This document shows positions 1 through 9,182 of a stretch of DNA of 23,918 nucleotides, in pieces (the stretch's first letter is position 1; each line of letters starts with the position of its first letter). This DNA is from an uncultured virus (IMG/VR IMGVR_UViG_3300006916_000047). Lineage: Duplodnaviria; Heunggongvirae; Uroviricota; Caudoviricetes. The DNA is taken from IMG/VR virus record IMGVR_UViG_3300006916_000047; one strand, written 5' to 3'. The position numbers were made by a program, and so were the translations under genes. The notes below the pieces were generated by a model. That model was given only the letters and a program-made list of their open reading frames with translations. It did no database searches and had not been told where the DNA came from.

Positions 1-203
1 CACCAGCATTTCCCAGTGGACACTCCATGTTGGCGTATGGATTGGAAAGAGTATTGGGCAAAAGGTTTCCCGAAAAGAAGAAAGAACTCAAAGCGATGGC
101 TGATAAAATCTCACTATCAAGAATGCAAATGGGAAGCCATTATCCAAGTGATATTCAAGCAGGAAAGAAAATAGGCTATATGTTAGGTGATGCTTATGAA
201 TGA
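1..203 (+). CDS. PAP2-superfamily phosphatase / haloperoxidase-like protein, 3' part (5' end outside window; not in the ORF track)
   Basis: Frame starting at nt 3 reads PAFPSGHSMLAYGLERVLGKRFPEKKKELKAMADKISLSRMQMGSHYPSDIQAGKKIGYMLGDAYE* (TGA 201-203). It contains the PAP2 motifs PSGH and SRxxxGxHYxxD. Confidence 0.85.
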   Translation, partial: PAFPSGHSMLAYGLERVLGKRFPEKKKELKAMADKISLSRMQMGSHYPSDIQAGKKIGYMLGDAYE

Positions 204-528
204 TTGGCAAAATGTTCTCAAAAGAAAGAAAGACCCTCGCCTAAAAAGGGCAGGAGTTTCGGGTTTTAACAAACCAAAAAGAACACCAAAGCACCCTAAA
301 AAATCTCATATTGTTGTAGCAAGAGAAGGAAAGAAAACCAAGACAATTCGCTTTGGGCAACAGGGAGTAAAAACAAATCAAACTGCTGGACAGCGTAGAG
401 CGTTCAAATCTCGCCATGCTAAGAACATCAAGAGGGGCAAACTTTCTGCGGCATATTGGGCGGATAAAGTAAAATGGAGTCCGAGTAAAACCAAGTCAAA
501 GAGTAAGAAATGGAAGAAGGGGTCGTAA
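196..528 (+). CDS. Small, very basic virus protein with N-terminal W-x-x-V-L-K tag
   Basis: AGGTGA (185-190) precedes ATG 196, which is preferred over GTG 187. K/R-rich; the motifs IRFGQQG, FKSRH and SAAYWA recall an uncharacterised family common in marine viruses (recall only). N-terminus MNDWQNVLKR. Confidence 0.7.
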   Translation: MNDWQNVLKRKKDPRLKRAGVSGFNKPKRTPKHPKKSHIVVAREGKKTKTIRFGQQGVKTNQTAGQRRAFKSRHAKNIKRGKLSAAYWADKVKWSPSKTKSKSKKWKKGS

Positions 529-530
529 AA

Positions 531-764
531 ATGGTTCGTAAGATGACAGATGATAGGCTAAAACAAGATGGCCGAGAGTTGGTTAAGCAATTAAGCGAAA
601 TGGCCGACACAATTAACGACATGAAAGAAATCGTGTATGAATTTGTAGGTGGAGAGAATGTTGATTTAGAAGAACTTAAGAGATTACTTTTAGGTTTTGA
701 TGCAAGAGTTTCTAATATTGAAGGAGCCTTTGCGAATATTTTTAGAAGTGCAAGGGATTCGTGA
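531..764 (+). CDS. Hypothetical small helical protein
   Basis: ORF 510..764. ATG 531, just after the upstream stop, is the likelier start. Its stop overlaps the terminase ATG (TGATG). Confidence 0.55.
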   Translation: MVRKMTDDRLKQDGRELVKQLSEMADTINDMKEIVYEFVGGENVDLEELKRLLLGFDARVSNIEGAFANIFRSARDS

Positions 765-2188
765 TGGAGTTAGATACATTCAACTTTGAACATGAAATGG
801 ATATGAAGTTATCCAAAAACTCTTTTCCATACTTCTTTCAAAATGTTCTTGGCTTTGATTTTCCTTCCTACATTCAAGAATGGCACGAATTGATGAACAC
901 CACGCAAAGAACAGTTATCATTTGTTCACGCGACCACGGTAAATCAGTATTCATGCATTCGTGGGTTGTGTGGAAACTCATTTTTGAAGAGCCTCCTTTT
1001 CAAATGCTTTACATTTCTTCTAACCAAAAGCAGACTCTCGTTCACATGAGGGACATTGATAAAATGTTCACCCATCCGATGCTCAAGAAATTCAAACCTG
1101 CGAGAGGTTGGGCTATCGGAAACATTACCCTCACCAATGGAAACCAAATCCTTGAGCGTTCAGTAGGCTCACAGATTCGTGGTTTGCACCCACAAGAAAT
1201 TGTTATTGACGACCCTTTGAAAGAGTTTAGTATGACTGGTATTCAAAAGGTGACCGATTGGTTTTATGGTGATATGATTCCCACACTTCACCATACCGCT
1301 TCTCTCCGTGTTATTGGAACTCCGTTCTCTTACACGGATATTTATCAGCAACTTGCAGAGAATCCCGCATATACAGTGAGAACATACCCCTGCCTAAATT
1401 CTCTCAATGAACCGTTATGGCCTGACCGTTGGAACTATGAAGCATTGATGGCCCGTAAAGCAGAAGTTGGCTCAATGATGTTCACACGGGAATATATGTG
1501 CGTTCCAATTTCAACAGGAACTTCTCTGTTTAATCCTGAATATTTAGATGCGGCGAAGAACAAGGATTTGGTTCTAAAACCACATCGTAGAGAGGGCATG
1601 AAATACTTTGTAGGTGTAGACCCCGCCATTTCAACAGACGGAGATTACAATGTGATTACTGTTATTGAGATGGACGAAGACGAAAATAAATCTATTATTT
1701 ATGTTGATAGAGCCAAGAATGTTCAGTTCCGAGAAAACATACAGAAGGTCAAAATTATCGGGCAACTATTTCGTCCAGAAGCAATCCTCTTTGAAACAAA
1801 TACTTTTGCCAAATCATTTACTCAAGAATTACGCCAAGTCGCTGATTTAAATATTCACGACTTCAATACCACCAGAAGAAAAAAGCAAGAAATTATTCTT
1901 AATCTTCAAATGACCCTTGAAAATGGTAAAATGAATTTCCCCTACGGCAATGAAGAAAGTCGGCGGGTTTCTTCTACTTTGATTGAGGAGTTATCCATGT
2001 TTGCCATCACCGAAAGAGGCAAGTTTGAGGGTATTGGCGCACATGACGATATGGTGATGAGCCTTGCTTTAGCAAATGCCGCTACTTATCAAGCCACGGA
2101 TAACTTCATACTTCTTGACGATTTGGGACTCTTTGAGGAGGCGAAGCCTGTAAGGACAGGCTATCGTGGAATCGGTTTGAACTTTTGA
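764..2188 (+). CDS. terL: Terminase large subunit
   Basis: Walker A SRDHGKS, Walker B IVIDD, motif III GTP, RNase H-fold nuclease residues GVDPA and HDDMVM. ATG 764 is coupled to the upstream stop (GTG 761 is an alternative start). Confidence 0.95.
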   Translation: MELDTFNFEHEMDMKLSKNSFPYFFQNVLGFDFPSYIQEWHELMNTTQRTVIICSRDHGKSVFMHSWVVWKLIFEEPPFQMLYISSNQKQTLVHMRDIDKMFTHPMLKKFKPARGWAIGNITLTNGNQILERSVGSQIRGLHPQEIVIDDPLKEFSMTGIQKVTDWFYGDMIPTLHHTASLRVIGTPFSYTDIYQQLAENPAYTVRTYPCLNSLNEPLWPDRWNYEALMARKAEVGSMMFTREYMCVPISTGTSLFNPEYLDAAKNKDLVLKPHRREGMKYFVGVDPAISTDGDYNVITVIEMDEDENKSIIYVDRAKNVQFRENIQKVKIIGQLFRPEAILFETNTFAKSFTQELRQVADLNIHDFNTTRRKKQEIILNLQMTLENGKMNFPYGNEESRRVSSTLIEELSMFAITERGKFEGIGAHDDMVMSLALANAATYQATDNFILLDDLGLFEEAKPVRTGYRGIGLNF

Positions 2189-2197
2189 GGTGATATT

Positions 2198-3556
2198 GTG
2201 CCTACCGCAGAACAGTATGATAAAATCTCGGAAAAGGCCAAAGAACTGGCTGAACTTCAAAGAAGAGAAGAGGAAGTCAAGGAAGAAGCAAACAGAGATG
2301 CTGATACCGAAATTTTCAAGACCCTTTATTCGGACTTTGTTATGTCCGAGTATGATGAAATTAATACGCTGTGTGATGTGTTAAAGGTAAATGCGAGTGA
2401 AGCACGAAAGATGATTGATGAGTTTCCTCAAGAATATACCGTAGAAGAGAAGAATATCCCCGACCTCATTAAGCAGATGAGAATGTCTCGCAGGAAACTA
2501 AAGGGAGAGAATAGGGACAATATGGCAAAGGCTATTGATACAATGATAGATGCCTACTCCGACCATTTATTTAAGTGCATTGATTCAATTTATTGGCTGG
2601 CTCCATACAAGAATCCTCTTTTAAAGATGAGATACAACGAAAAAGACTTGAGAAAACTGCATAAGATGAAAACTGTGGAGCAAAGAAGAGAAGTAGTAGA
2701 TGCTCTTTGTAAATACTGGGAAGCAGAAATAGAACAAAGTGGTATGGTATATGGCAAAGATTATTCTGTGCTTTCAAAAGAAATGAGAGTCGCAAAGAAA
2801 GCATTTCGTGAAAGTATTGCCAAGATTACGAATCAATCTCTCAATAAATCAAAAAAGGAAAAACAAAGAGAATTTATCTTGAAGACTGTTTGTGAAAACC
2901 ACGGGATAGGGGCTAGAATGATTCATGAAATGATGCCTACTGACTTACACAAAGCGAGTAGTCCGAATGTCATTTCCCAAGAGATTAAGAAGTTAGGAAT
3001 TGTTTCTGTAAATGGTGCATTTTACAAAATGCCCGATGAAATTAAGAAAAACATTTGGGCATACACGGCGGCATTTATTGACTCGGATGGCTACATTACT
3101 CTTGACCGTAAAATGAATCCAAGAGTCGGCTTAGTGGCTACGGGAGAAAGAGGAAAGGCTTTCATGCAGGAAATGTATAAGTCAATTGGATTTGGCCGTA
3201 TGCACCTTGACCAAAAATCACCCCAAGATACTCGGCTTATCAATCGGCTAAACTTCTATTCTCAAGACGATGTAGCCAGCCTTTTGACGAAGTGCTTACC
3301 CCACTTCCGCTTGAAGAAAGGAAACGCACAATTACTTTTAGAATTGATTCGCATGAAAAAATCATATAAGAAAAGCGACTGGTATAAGAGCCGTTGTGAT
3401 GAGATTTTTAAATTAATGAAGTGGGAGAATCACAAAGACCATGTGGGCTTTGACTGGGCAAAAGAGAACATTAACCTTGACGATATTCAAAAATATGCAG
3501 ATAATTGTAAAATGTCTGTGATGGATTCAATGGAACAAATTGGAACGGTGTTGTAA
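2198..3556 (+). CDS. Multidomain protein: helical/coiled-coil N-terminus, possible winged helix, C-terminal single-motif LAGLIDADG domain
   Basis: WAYTAAFIDSDGYI motif (about 3056-3097) followed by LAGLIDADG-like elements (IGFGRM, LPHFRLKK). GTG start follows TGAGGTGAT. Confidence 0.75.
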   Translation: MPTAEQYDKISEKAKELAELQRREEEVKEEANRDADTEIFKTLYSDFVMSEYDEINTLCDVLKVNASEARKMIDEFPQEYTVEEKNIPDLIKQMRMSRRKLKGENRDNMAKAIDTMIDAYSDHLFKCIDSIYWLAPYKNPLLKMRYNEKDLRKLHKMKTVEQRREVVDALCKYWEAEIEQSGMVYGKDYSVLSKEMRVAKKAFRESIAKITNQSLNKSKKEKQREFILKTVCENHGIGARMIHEMMPTDLHKASSPNVISQEIKKLGIVSVNGAFYKMPDEIKKNIWAYTAAFIDSDGYITLDRKMNPRVGLVATGERGKAFMQEMYKSIGFGRMHLDQKSPQDTRLINRLNFYSQDDVASLLTKCLPHFRLKKGNAQLLLELIRMKKSYKKSDWYKSRCDEIFKLMKWENHKDHVGFDWAKENINLDDIQKYADNCKMSVMDSMEQIGTVL

Positions 3557-3724
3557 ATGCCTCGCCAGCACTATCATATTTTTAAACATAAAGTAAGAAC
3601 CAAACTACCTAAGAAAATTAGATATGCTACCGTTTGTAGAAAGTGCAAGAAGACCAACAAAATTAGTGATTTATGTTTTACCTGCCAAATTGAACAAGCA
3701 AAGCATTGGGCAAAACCATATTGA
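3557..3724 (+). CDS. 55-aa basic C4 zinc-finger protein (not in the ORF track)
   Basis: MPRQHYHIFKHKVRTKLPKKIRYATVCRKCKKTNKISDLCFTCQIEQAKHWAKPY*. Pattern CxxC-x9-CxxC. The ATG directly abuts the upstream TAA and the ORF fills the gap between two genes. Confidence 0.7.
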   Translation: MPRQHYHIFKHKVRTKLPKKIRYATVCRKCKKTNKISDLCFTCQIEQAKHWAKPY

Positions 3725-3733
3725 GGAATTATT

Positions 3734-4183
3734 ATGACTTGGAAAGAAATACTTAAGGCTAGAATTAGCGGAAAATTGAGAAGATACATGGGCTATGCGA
3801 AGGCTTCCCAACATAATATCCGTGATAGAATGTCAATGGAAACTTTTGCTGAAAGAGTCCACAGTCAGTTGAGACGGATTTTGAGTATTTATGGCGTTGA
3901 AAAGCCAATTGAAAAAGAAGTATTTGATGAAATTAATCAAATGGATGAAAGCGACCCTAATATGCCCTTTGAACTTCCGTTTTCTTATGAAGAATATATG
4001 GAAAAATATGGGAATAAAATTCAAAGCAGGGGAGAAGAAGACGCTAAATTCCTTGACAGTCATATTAGTAGTGTTAAAGAAAGAAGAAAGGAAAGGGCAA
4101 GGAAAATGCGAGAAAAGAGAACTCCTGAATATTACCGCCAAACTTTGCCACAACCCCTAAGAACGAAAGACGAAGAGGAATGA
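3734..4183 (+). CDS. Hypothetical protein with N-terminal MTWKEILKA tag
   Basis: 149-aa ORF with GAGGA RBS upstream; charged and helical; no recognised domain. Confidence 0.7.
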   Translation: MTWKEILKARISGKLRRYMGYAKASQHNIRDRMSMETFAERVHSQLRRILSIYGVEKPIEKEVFDEINQMDESDPNMPFELPFSYEEYMEKYGNKIQSRGEEDAKFLDSHISSVKERRKERARKMREKRTPEYYRQTLPQPLRTKDEEE

Positions 4184-4238
4184 AGGGGCATCTTCATAAA
4201 GAGGGTTCAGCGTAGACAAACGAGGGGAGGCGGTCAGC

Positions 4239-5885
4239 GTGGTTGAAGAGAAGCGTCGTTTCAGTTTTACAAATTTGTTTAGGAGAACAACCCCAAAGCC
4301 AGAAGATAGGTCTATTTATAACATTGGTATTCAAGAAAGGCAACAGAATAACTTAATGACCGCACCGATTATTTATCACATCGTTCAAAATTCTGTTATC
4401 GCTAGAACCTGTATTACTCAACTTAAGCAAGAAATTTTCCGAAGAGGTTATGTCTGGGAGAAGGCCTACGAAGCAAGGTGCAAAAATTGCGGTAAAGAAC
4501 ATAAAAGACCCGTTCAAGAGTGTTCTCGTTGTGATAGCACTGACCTACAACTTCCCGATGTTAAACAATTAAAGTATGCAGAAGATTTTATTGAAGGTTA
4601 TGTCAATAAAGCAGAACAATTATTTATTGATGTTCTTAAAGAATTAGAAGACGACCTCAACATTATGGATGATGCTTACATTGTCCTTGTTAAGGAATAT
4701 TTCATTGATGGGAATCAAAAGATTAGAATGCATCGTATTAAAGAAGTTTATCGTGGCGACCCAGTGACCATGGCTATTTATTCCGATGAGTTAGGACAGC
4801 GAGGAACAAAAGGCTTTACTTGCGTCAATCATAGGCATTTCCTATCTACGGAACCCCATGAAAAATGTGAAGAATGTGGAAGCACTACTCACCCCGTTCA
4901 TTATGTGAATCGGGTGGGGGGCAAAGACCAGTATTTCATTAAGGGAGAGGTGCTTCATTTCAGCAAGTATAGCCCTTCCCGACTCTATGGACTATCGCCT
5001 ATCATCACCCTCTATAATCACATCACAACTCTTCTCGCTATGGAGAATTATGTTAATTCCTCGTACACCAAAAGCCGTATGCCGAGGGGCCTTTTGGCAG
5101 TGCAGACTCGCAACATGGATTCAATGCGTTCCTTTTGGCGTTCAGTCAAAGAAAAGATGGAAACAGACCCGCACTTTATTCCTGTTATGGGGATTGAAGC
5201 AGAAGGAGGAAAGGGTTCTGTTGAATGGATTAAGTTCATGGACAGTCTCAAGGAAATGGATTATGTCTCCGTCAAGGACGATTTAAGAGATAGGATTTCT
5301 GCGTTCTACGGTGTAAGCAAAGTCTTCATGGCTGACAACACTACAAGCGGTGGTTTGAATAATGAAGGCATGCAGATTTTGGTCACGAACAGAGCCGTTC
5401 AAATGGCACAAAATGTCTATAACAATTATGTGTTTCCGTTTTTGGTTAAGCAATTTGGAATCACTGATTGGAACTTAAAATTACCTCCAAGCGAAGAAGA
5501 GGATGAAATTGCTGTTCTTCGTAAGAGAGAGATTGAAGTAAATATTGCCGCATCTACAAAGAATCTTGGCTTTGAGGTAGAAATGGATGAAGATGGAAAC
5601 TTTACTTTCAAGAAACCTGAACCTCAACCTGAACAAACCCCTACTGAAACCGGAGATGAGCCAACAAAGAAAGACCCCCTCGCAGGTTCAAACTTAGACC
5701 AAAGAGATTTAGATGAACAAACAAGAATGTTTGCAGAAGGAGCAGGTTCAAAGCCCCAAGAAAATCCACCAGCCACAAGAAATAAAAGCAGGATGAGCGT
5801 AGGGCCAGATAAGCGAATGACTGGCTTACCGCAAGAGGCTGGAAATCAAAATGTTGATACGAGAAACGAAAGGAGGATACCCTGA
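4239..5885 (+). CDS. Portal protein with two Zn-ribbon-like insertions
   Basis: Lies between terL and the protease/MCP. Portal-like segments EVLHF, YGLSPI, MPRGLL and ISAFYGV. Cys clusters CKNC/CSRC and CVNH/CEEC. GGAGG at 4226-4230 precedes the GTG start. Confidence 0.9.
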   Translation: MVEEKRRFSFTNLFRRTTPKPEDRSIYNIGIQERQQNNLMTAPIIYHIVQNSVIARTCITQLKQEIFRRGYVWEKAYEARCKNCGKEHKRPVQECSRCDSTDLQLPDVKQLKYAEDFIEGYVNKAEQLFIDVLKELEDDLNIMDDAYIVLVKEYFIDGNQKIRMHRIKEVYRGDPVTMAIYSDELGQRGTKGFTCVNHRHFLSTEPHEKCEECGSTTHPVHYVNRVGGKDQYFIKGEVLHFSKYSPSRLYGLSPIITLYNHITTLLAMENYVNSSYTKSRMPRGLLAVQTRNMDSMRSFWRSVKEKMETDPHFIPVMGIEAEGGKGSVEWIKFMDSLKEMDYVSVKDDLRDRISAFYGVSKVFMADNTTSGGLNNEGMQILVTNRAVQMAQNVYNNYVFPFLVKQFGITDWNLKLPPSEEEDEIAVLRKREIEVNIAASTKNLGFEVEMDEDGNFTFKKPEPQPEQTPTETGDEPTKKDPLAGSNLDQRDLDEQTRMFAEGAGSKPQENPPATRNKSRMSVGPDKRMTGLPQEAGNQNVDTRNERRIP

Positions 5886-6250
5886 TGAGTGAATGGGAAG
5901 AAATTATTAAAGCGGCAAGAGATAGAAAGGGGAAAGTTGGTGGAGGAAAAGAAATTCCTGAAAAGGTTATAACTGGAAAAACCAAAAGACCTGTCCAAAC
6001 TAGAATGAAGGGCGGTAATCCAATTCAAGACATTGGCGCAAAAGACTCCCCTGAAAAAGATTTATTTGAATTTGGTAGAAAAAAGGAGAAGGAGTTCAGT
6101 GAAAAGATTGCTGACGAAGAACTTCAAGAACTTATGCAAATGAAAAGAAGTGAATTGATGGACGAAGTTATGGACAAGATAGGTTCTTTTAGTACAATGG
6201 AACTTATTAAACTAGTTGTTATGGCTAGAACAGGCGAATTGGAGGAGTGA
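5885..6250 (+). CDS. Hypothetical protein with N-terminal MSEWEEIIKA tag
   Basis: 121-aa ORF with TGATG overlap to the portal stop. Confidence 0.7.
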   Translation: MSEWEEIIKAARDRKGKVGGGKEIPEKVITGKTKRPVQTRMKGGNPIQDIGAKDSPEKDLFEFGRKKEKEFSEKIADEELQELMQMKRSELMDEVMDKIGSFSTMELIKLVVMARTGELEE

Positions 6251-6252
6251 AT

Positions 6253-6480
6253 ATGACAGAAGATATGAAACAAAAGGAAATGAGATTGCGAAAGGAATTG
6301 GCTAAGGTTAAGGCATTGAATCAAAATGCCGCTATGCAAAGAAAACCTCAAAGAAACTTAGACATTGCCGGTATTCCCGTAGATACTACTCCTAAGCCCG
6401 CACCCTCAAGCCGTGATATTCCAGATGTAATTACCTTGCCTCCAAAGCGCAGAGGCCGTAAAGAAAACATTCCATTTTGA
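6253..6480 (+). CDS. Hypothetical small basic protein
   Basis: ORF 6247..6480. GGAGG at 6241-6245 favours ATG 6253. Coiled-coil N-terminus, Pro-rich C-terminus. Confidence 0.6.
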   Translation: MTEDMKQKEMRLRKELAKVKALNQNAAMQRKPQRNLDIAGIPVDTTPKPAPSSRDIPDVITLPPKRRGRKENIPF

Positions 6481-6486
6481 GGTGAT

Positions 6487-8322
6487 TTGTTGCTTTCTAC
6501 TTTTCTTAAAGCAGAAGAGGGCGGGGAAGCGACGAGCAAAACATATGCTCAATATGTAAAGTTATTTAACGATTTTGACTTAGCAAGAAGAATGCTTGCG
6601 CCCCTAAAAGCCCTATCCGAAGAGATAGTTATTGAAGAGGATGATTCCGAACCTTCGGGCTTAAGATTTGAGAATATTCTTGAATATAATAAACTAGGCG
6701 CAAAGAAAAATGCTGAAGCCATTTCCAATCTATTGGCTAAGAGTTTAGATGAGAGTTGGAATCTTTTAGCAGATTTGCCTTTCACGGTTGAAAGGGAAGG
6801 AGATGTTATTTTGGAACCACAGGTTCCTCCTGCCTCAAAGAAAACAAGACAGGATTTAGGCGAGGTACAATCTAAGGATGGGAAAGAAACTCGCCAAGCC
6901 GGAGAGAAAGAAAGAAAAATTAGATTAAAGCCTGAGTTGAATCTTACAAAAATTGTCAATGATATAAAAGAAGTGGCAAGTAAGACCTACGATAACGAAG
7001 ACTTAGAAGGAAAACCCTTGACCTTTGAAAAAGCCCTCATTTATTTGTATCATAAAAGAACTGGAGAAGTTCCTAGAAATGCAAAAAATCCAAAGTTAAG
7101 AGATGCTACTATTACTAATGCAAGAAAAAAAATAAAAGAAAAACTTAAGGAAGCAGAGAAGCAAAAGAAAGATGATTACGATAAAGTTTTTGAAGGTAAA
7201 GATAGAGCAGAAAAAGTAAAATTTAATGTTGTCTATAATAGAATGCAAAACTATGTAATCAAAGTGGGTCTTATTGAAGAACAACTGCAAAAAACAATTA
7301 AGGAGTCTAATGAAAGGGTTGCTGCCTTAGAAAGAGAAGCAGAAAAACCCGAATATGAAAAGGTAATTCTTAGAAGAGTGTCTGAAATTTTGCGTCAAAG
7401 ATACAAAACTCCTCGCCAAGATATTTCCGAAGACCTTCCGCCACAACAACGCCTTGAAGAAGAATCTCTTAGAGAAAGGCAGGACTTAAAAAAACCAAGT
7501 GTTGCCATTACTGGGAGAGAATATGCAACTAAAGTCAAACAAATAAAAGAACTGAATCAAATTGCTTTAGAATTTAAAAACAACCCAGACTCTCTATCAA
7601 AAAAAGCAAAGACCCTTAAAGCACAAATAGACATAGAAGTTCAAGAAGCCATTGAACAAGAGAGAGAAAAAAACTTAGAAATTAAAAATACTGCTGAAGA
7701 CGCTTTGCGATTTGTACCCAGAGTTAGAGAATTAGAAGAGTTTTTTAAGCAAGGTTCAGATTATCCAACTCTTAATGAAGTAAATGCAGAGATAAAGATT
7801 ACTGACAGATTTATAGAGCAAGAGGAAGATAAGGAAGAACAAGACCAAGATAAAAATGCATTGAGGGACTTTAAAAAAGACCTCGCTGATTTGAAAAAAT
7901 TCCATGAAGCACAGAACAATTTACAGAAAAAATTATCAAGGGCTCTTACTTCTCTTAAGGACATTGTTCCCATAGAAAGAAAAATGAAAGAAATGCTAAG
8001 TAATTATTCTGCCGATGAAGAGTTTAAATCGGCTATTGAGCAATTAGGCATTGCTGTTGCTCTTGAATCAACAAAGGATATGAAAATGTTCCCAGATTTA
8101 CAGCCCTTACTTCAAGATAAAGAAGAAAAGACATTAAAAGAAATGTTGGGCGGGACAGAACTTGCGCCACTATTAGAAGACAAAGAAGCATTTAAAATAT
8201 TAGAGCAGTTTGACGAATTTATTCAAGCAGTAGATAATCTTGATGATGGTTTTTCTGGTCTTGAAGAAGACTTTGAAGAACTTGCAGGAAAATATAGTAA
8301 AATTAAGTCTTTATTTGAATAA
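6487..8322 (+). CDS. Large coiled-coil, E/K-rich hypothetical protein
   Basis: 611-aa ORF with TTG start after TGAGGTGAT; no catalytic motif recognised; N-terminus contains FLKA. Confidence 0.7.
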   Translation: MLLSTFLKAEEGGEATSKTYAQYVKLFNDFDLARRMLAPLKALSEEIVIEEDDSEPSGLRFENILEYNKLGAKKNAEAISNLLAKSLDESWNLLADLPFTVEREGDVILEPQVPPASKKTRQDLGEVQSKDGKETRQAGEKERKIRLKPELNLTKIVNDIKEVASKTYDNEDLEGKPLTFEKALIYLYHKRTGEVPRNAKNPKLRDATITNARKKIKEKLKEAEKQKKDDYDKVFEGKDRAEKVKFNVVYNRMQNYVIKVGLIEEQLQKTIKESNERVAALEREAEKPEYEKVILRRVSEILRQRYKTPRQDISEDLPPQQRLEEESLRERQDLKKPSVAITGREYATKVKQIKELNQIALEFKNNPDSLSKKAKTLKAQIDIEVQEAIEQEREKNLEIKNTAEDALRFVPRVRELEEFFKQGSDYPTLNEVNAEIKITDRFIEQEEDKEEQDQDKNALRDFKKDLADLKKFHEAQNNLQKKLSRALTSLKDIVPIERKMKEMLSNYSADEEFKSAIEQLGIAVALESTKDMKMFPDLQPLLQDKEEKTLKEMLGGTELAPLLEDKEAFKILEQFDEFIQAVDNLDDGFSGLEEDFEELAGKYSKIKSLFE

Positions 8323-8336
8323 TTGGAGGAAGAAAA

Positions 8337-8696
8337 ATGAGTTGGGACTATTATGAAGAAGGCATAACCTTTGAAATCAGTAAGAAAGAAGCACCAAAGA
8401 AAAAGATTCTTGATTCTTTGGACGGCAAGCAAAAGAAGCGACTCAAGAAGACCCTTCAAGCCGCCGAACCCACGGAATTTTTCGGCCAAGACTTCACCAA
8501 GTTAGGCGAACTGATTGAGACTCTACGAGAACTTGACCTCACCAAGTCCGATAAGAAGTTGAACAAGAAGATGAAGTCAATGGATGAGCGCAACATTGAC
8601 ATAGTGGCTACTGCTACGAAGTTGCGTAAGGAATATGAGTTGCTTTACCGACAACTCCGAGATTTAGTTTATCCACAGAAAAAGAGAGATGATTGA
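8337..8696 (+). CDS. Hypothetical helical protein in the head module
   Basis: 119-aa ORF with GGAG RBS upstream. Confidence 0.7.
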   Translation: MSWDYYEEGITFEISKKEAPKKKILDSLDGKQKKRLKKTLQAAEPTEFFGQDFTKLGELIETLRELDLTKSDKKLNKKMKSMDERNIDIVATATKLRKEYELLYRQLRDLVYPQKKRDD

Positions 8697-8697
8697 T

Positions 8698-8940
8698 ATG
8701 GCAGAAGAAAATACAATTAATGAAGAAATGCTTCAAATTATTAAAGCATTAACTGAAAAAATTGAGAGTTTGGAAAAGGCAGTATATAACAAAGATAACC
8801 TACTGATGAAGTCTGGCTTTGTTATTGCTGAAACACCTACCCCAACAATTGATAGTTTGGGTGCTTCTTCCGGCGTCAATGTTGATTCAATGGAGTGGTC
8901 GGACATTCATAAAATGGTTGAAAAGGCAGGTGGTCAATAA
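8698..8940 (+). CDS. Small coiled-coil protein with scaffold-like C-terminal motif
   Basis: ORF 8689..8940, with ATG 8698 likely. The C-terminal MEWSDIHKM matches MDWNTIHKM at the end of the protease/scaffold. Confidence 0.7.
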   Translation: MAEENTINEEMLQIIKALTEKIESLEKAVYNKDNLLMKSGFVIAETPTPTIDSLGASSGVNVDSMEWSDIHKMVEKAGGQ

Positions 8941-9173
8941 TGCCAGAAAGAGTGAAGAAGGAAGAGAGAATCATTTCAATGACTGTTGAAAAAGCAAGAC
9001 AGGTAAAGGAATTACTTCGTGAATCCATGGAAGGAAACCGCCTACCCGATGAAAAAGATGACAGAATGGAACAGGTCAAGGTAAAGCGACCAAAAGCCGA
9101 GAAGGATAAGACCAAAATTGAGAACAATACTGGGACTCATTCGGGATATGGTTTGGCTGGCGAATCAAATTGA
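8940..9173 (+). CDS. Hypothetical small charged protein
   Basis: 77-aa ORF with TAATG overlap and AGGTGG RBS. Confidence 0.6.
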   Translation: MPERVKKEERIISMTVEKARQVKELLRESMEGNRLPDEKDDRMEQVKVKRPKAEKDKTKIENNTGTHSGYGLAGESN

Positions 9174-9182
9174 GGTGGCTAA

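Noticed and set aside
531..764. Small terminase call for the ORF before terL
   Set aside because: Position fits, but it is very short and no HTH is recognisable; left as hypothetical.
2198..3556. Intein or group I intron explanation for the LAGLIDADG domain
   Set aside because: No N-terminal Cys/Ser block or His-Asn terminus, and terL and portal both appear complete and uninterrupted.
4193..4200. TTCATAAA as a TATA box for the portal, and TTAAATAG near 23886
   Set aside because: Plausible but weaker matches, with spacing unlike the two reported promoters; not enough support.
6487..8322. Tape measure or SMC/Rad50 call for the 611-aa coiled coil
   Set aside because: It lies in the head module, lacks the Ala/Gly-rich or TM character of tape measures, and has no Walker motifs.
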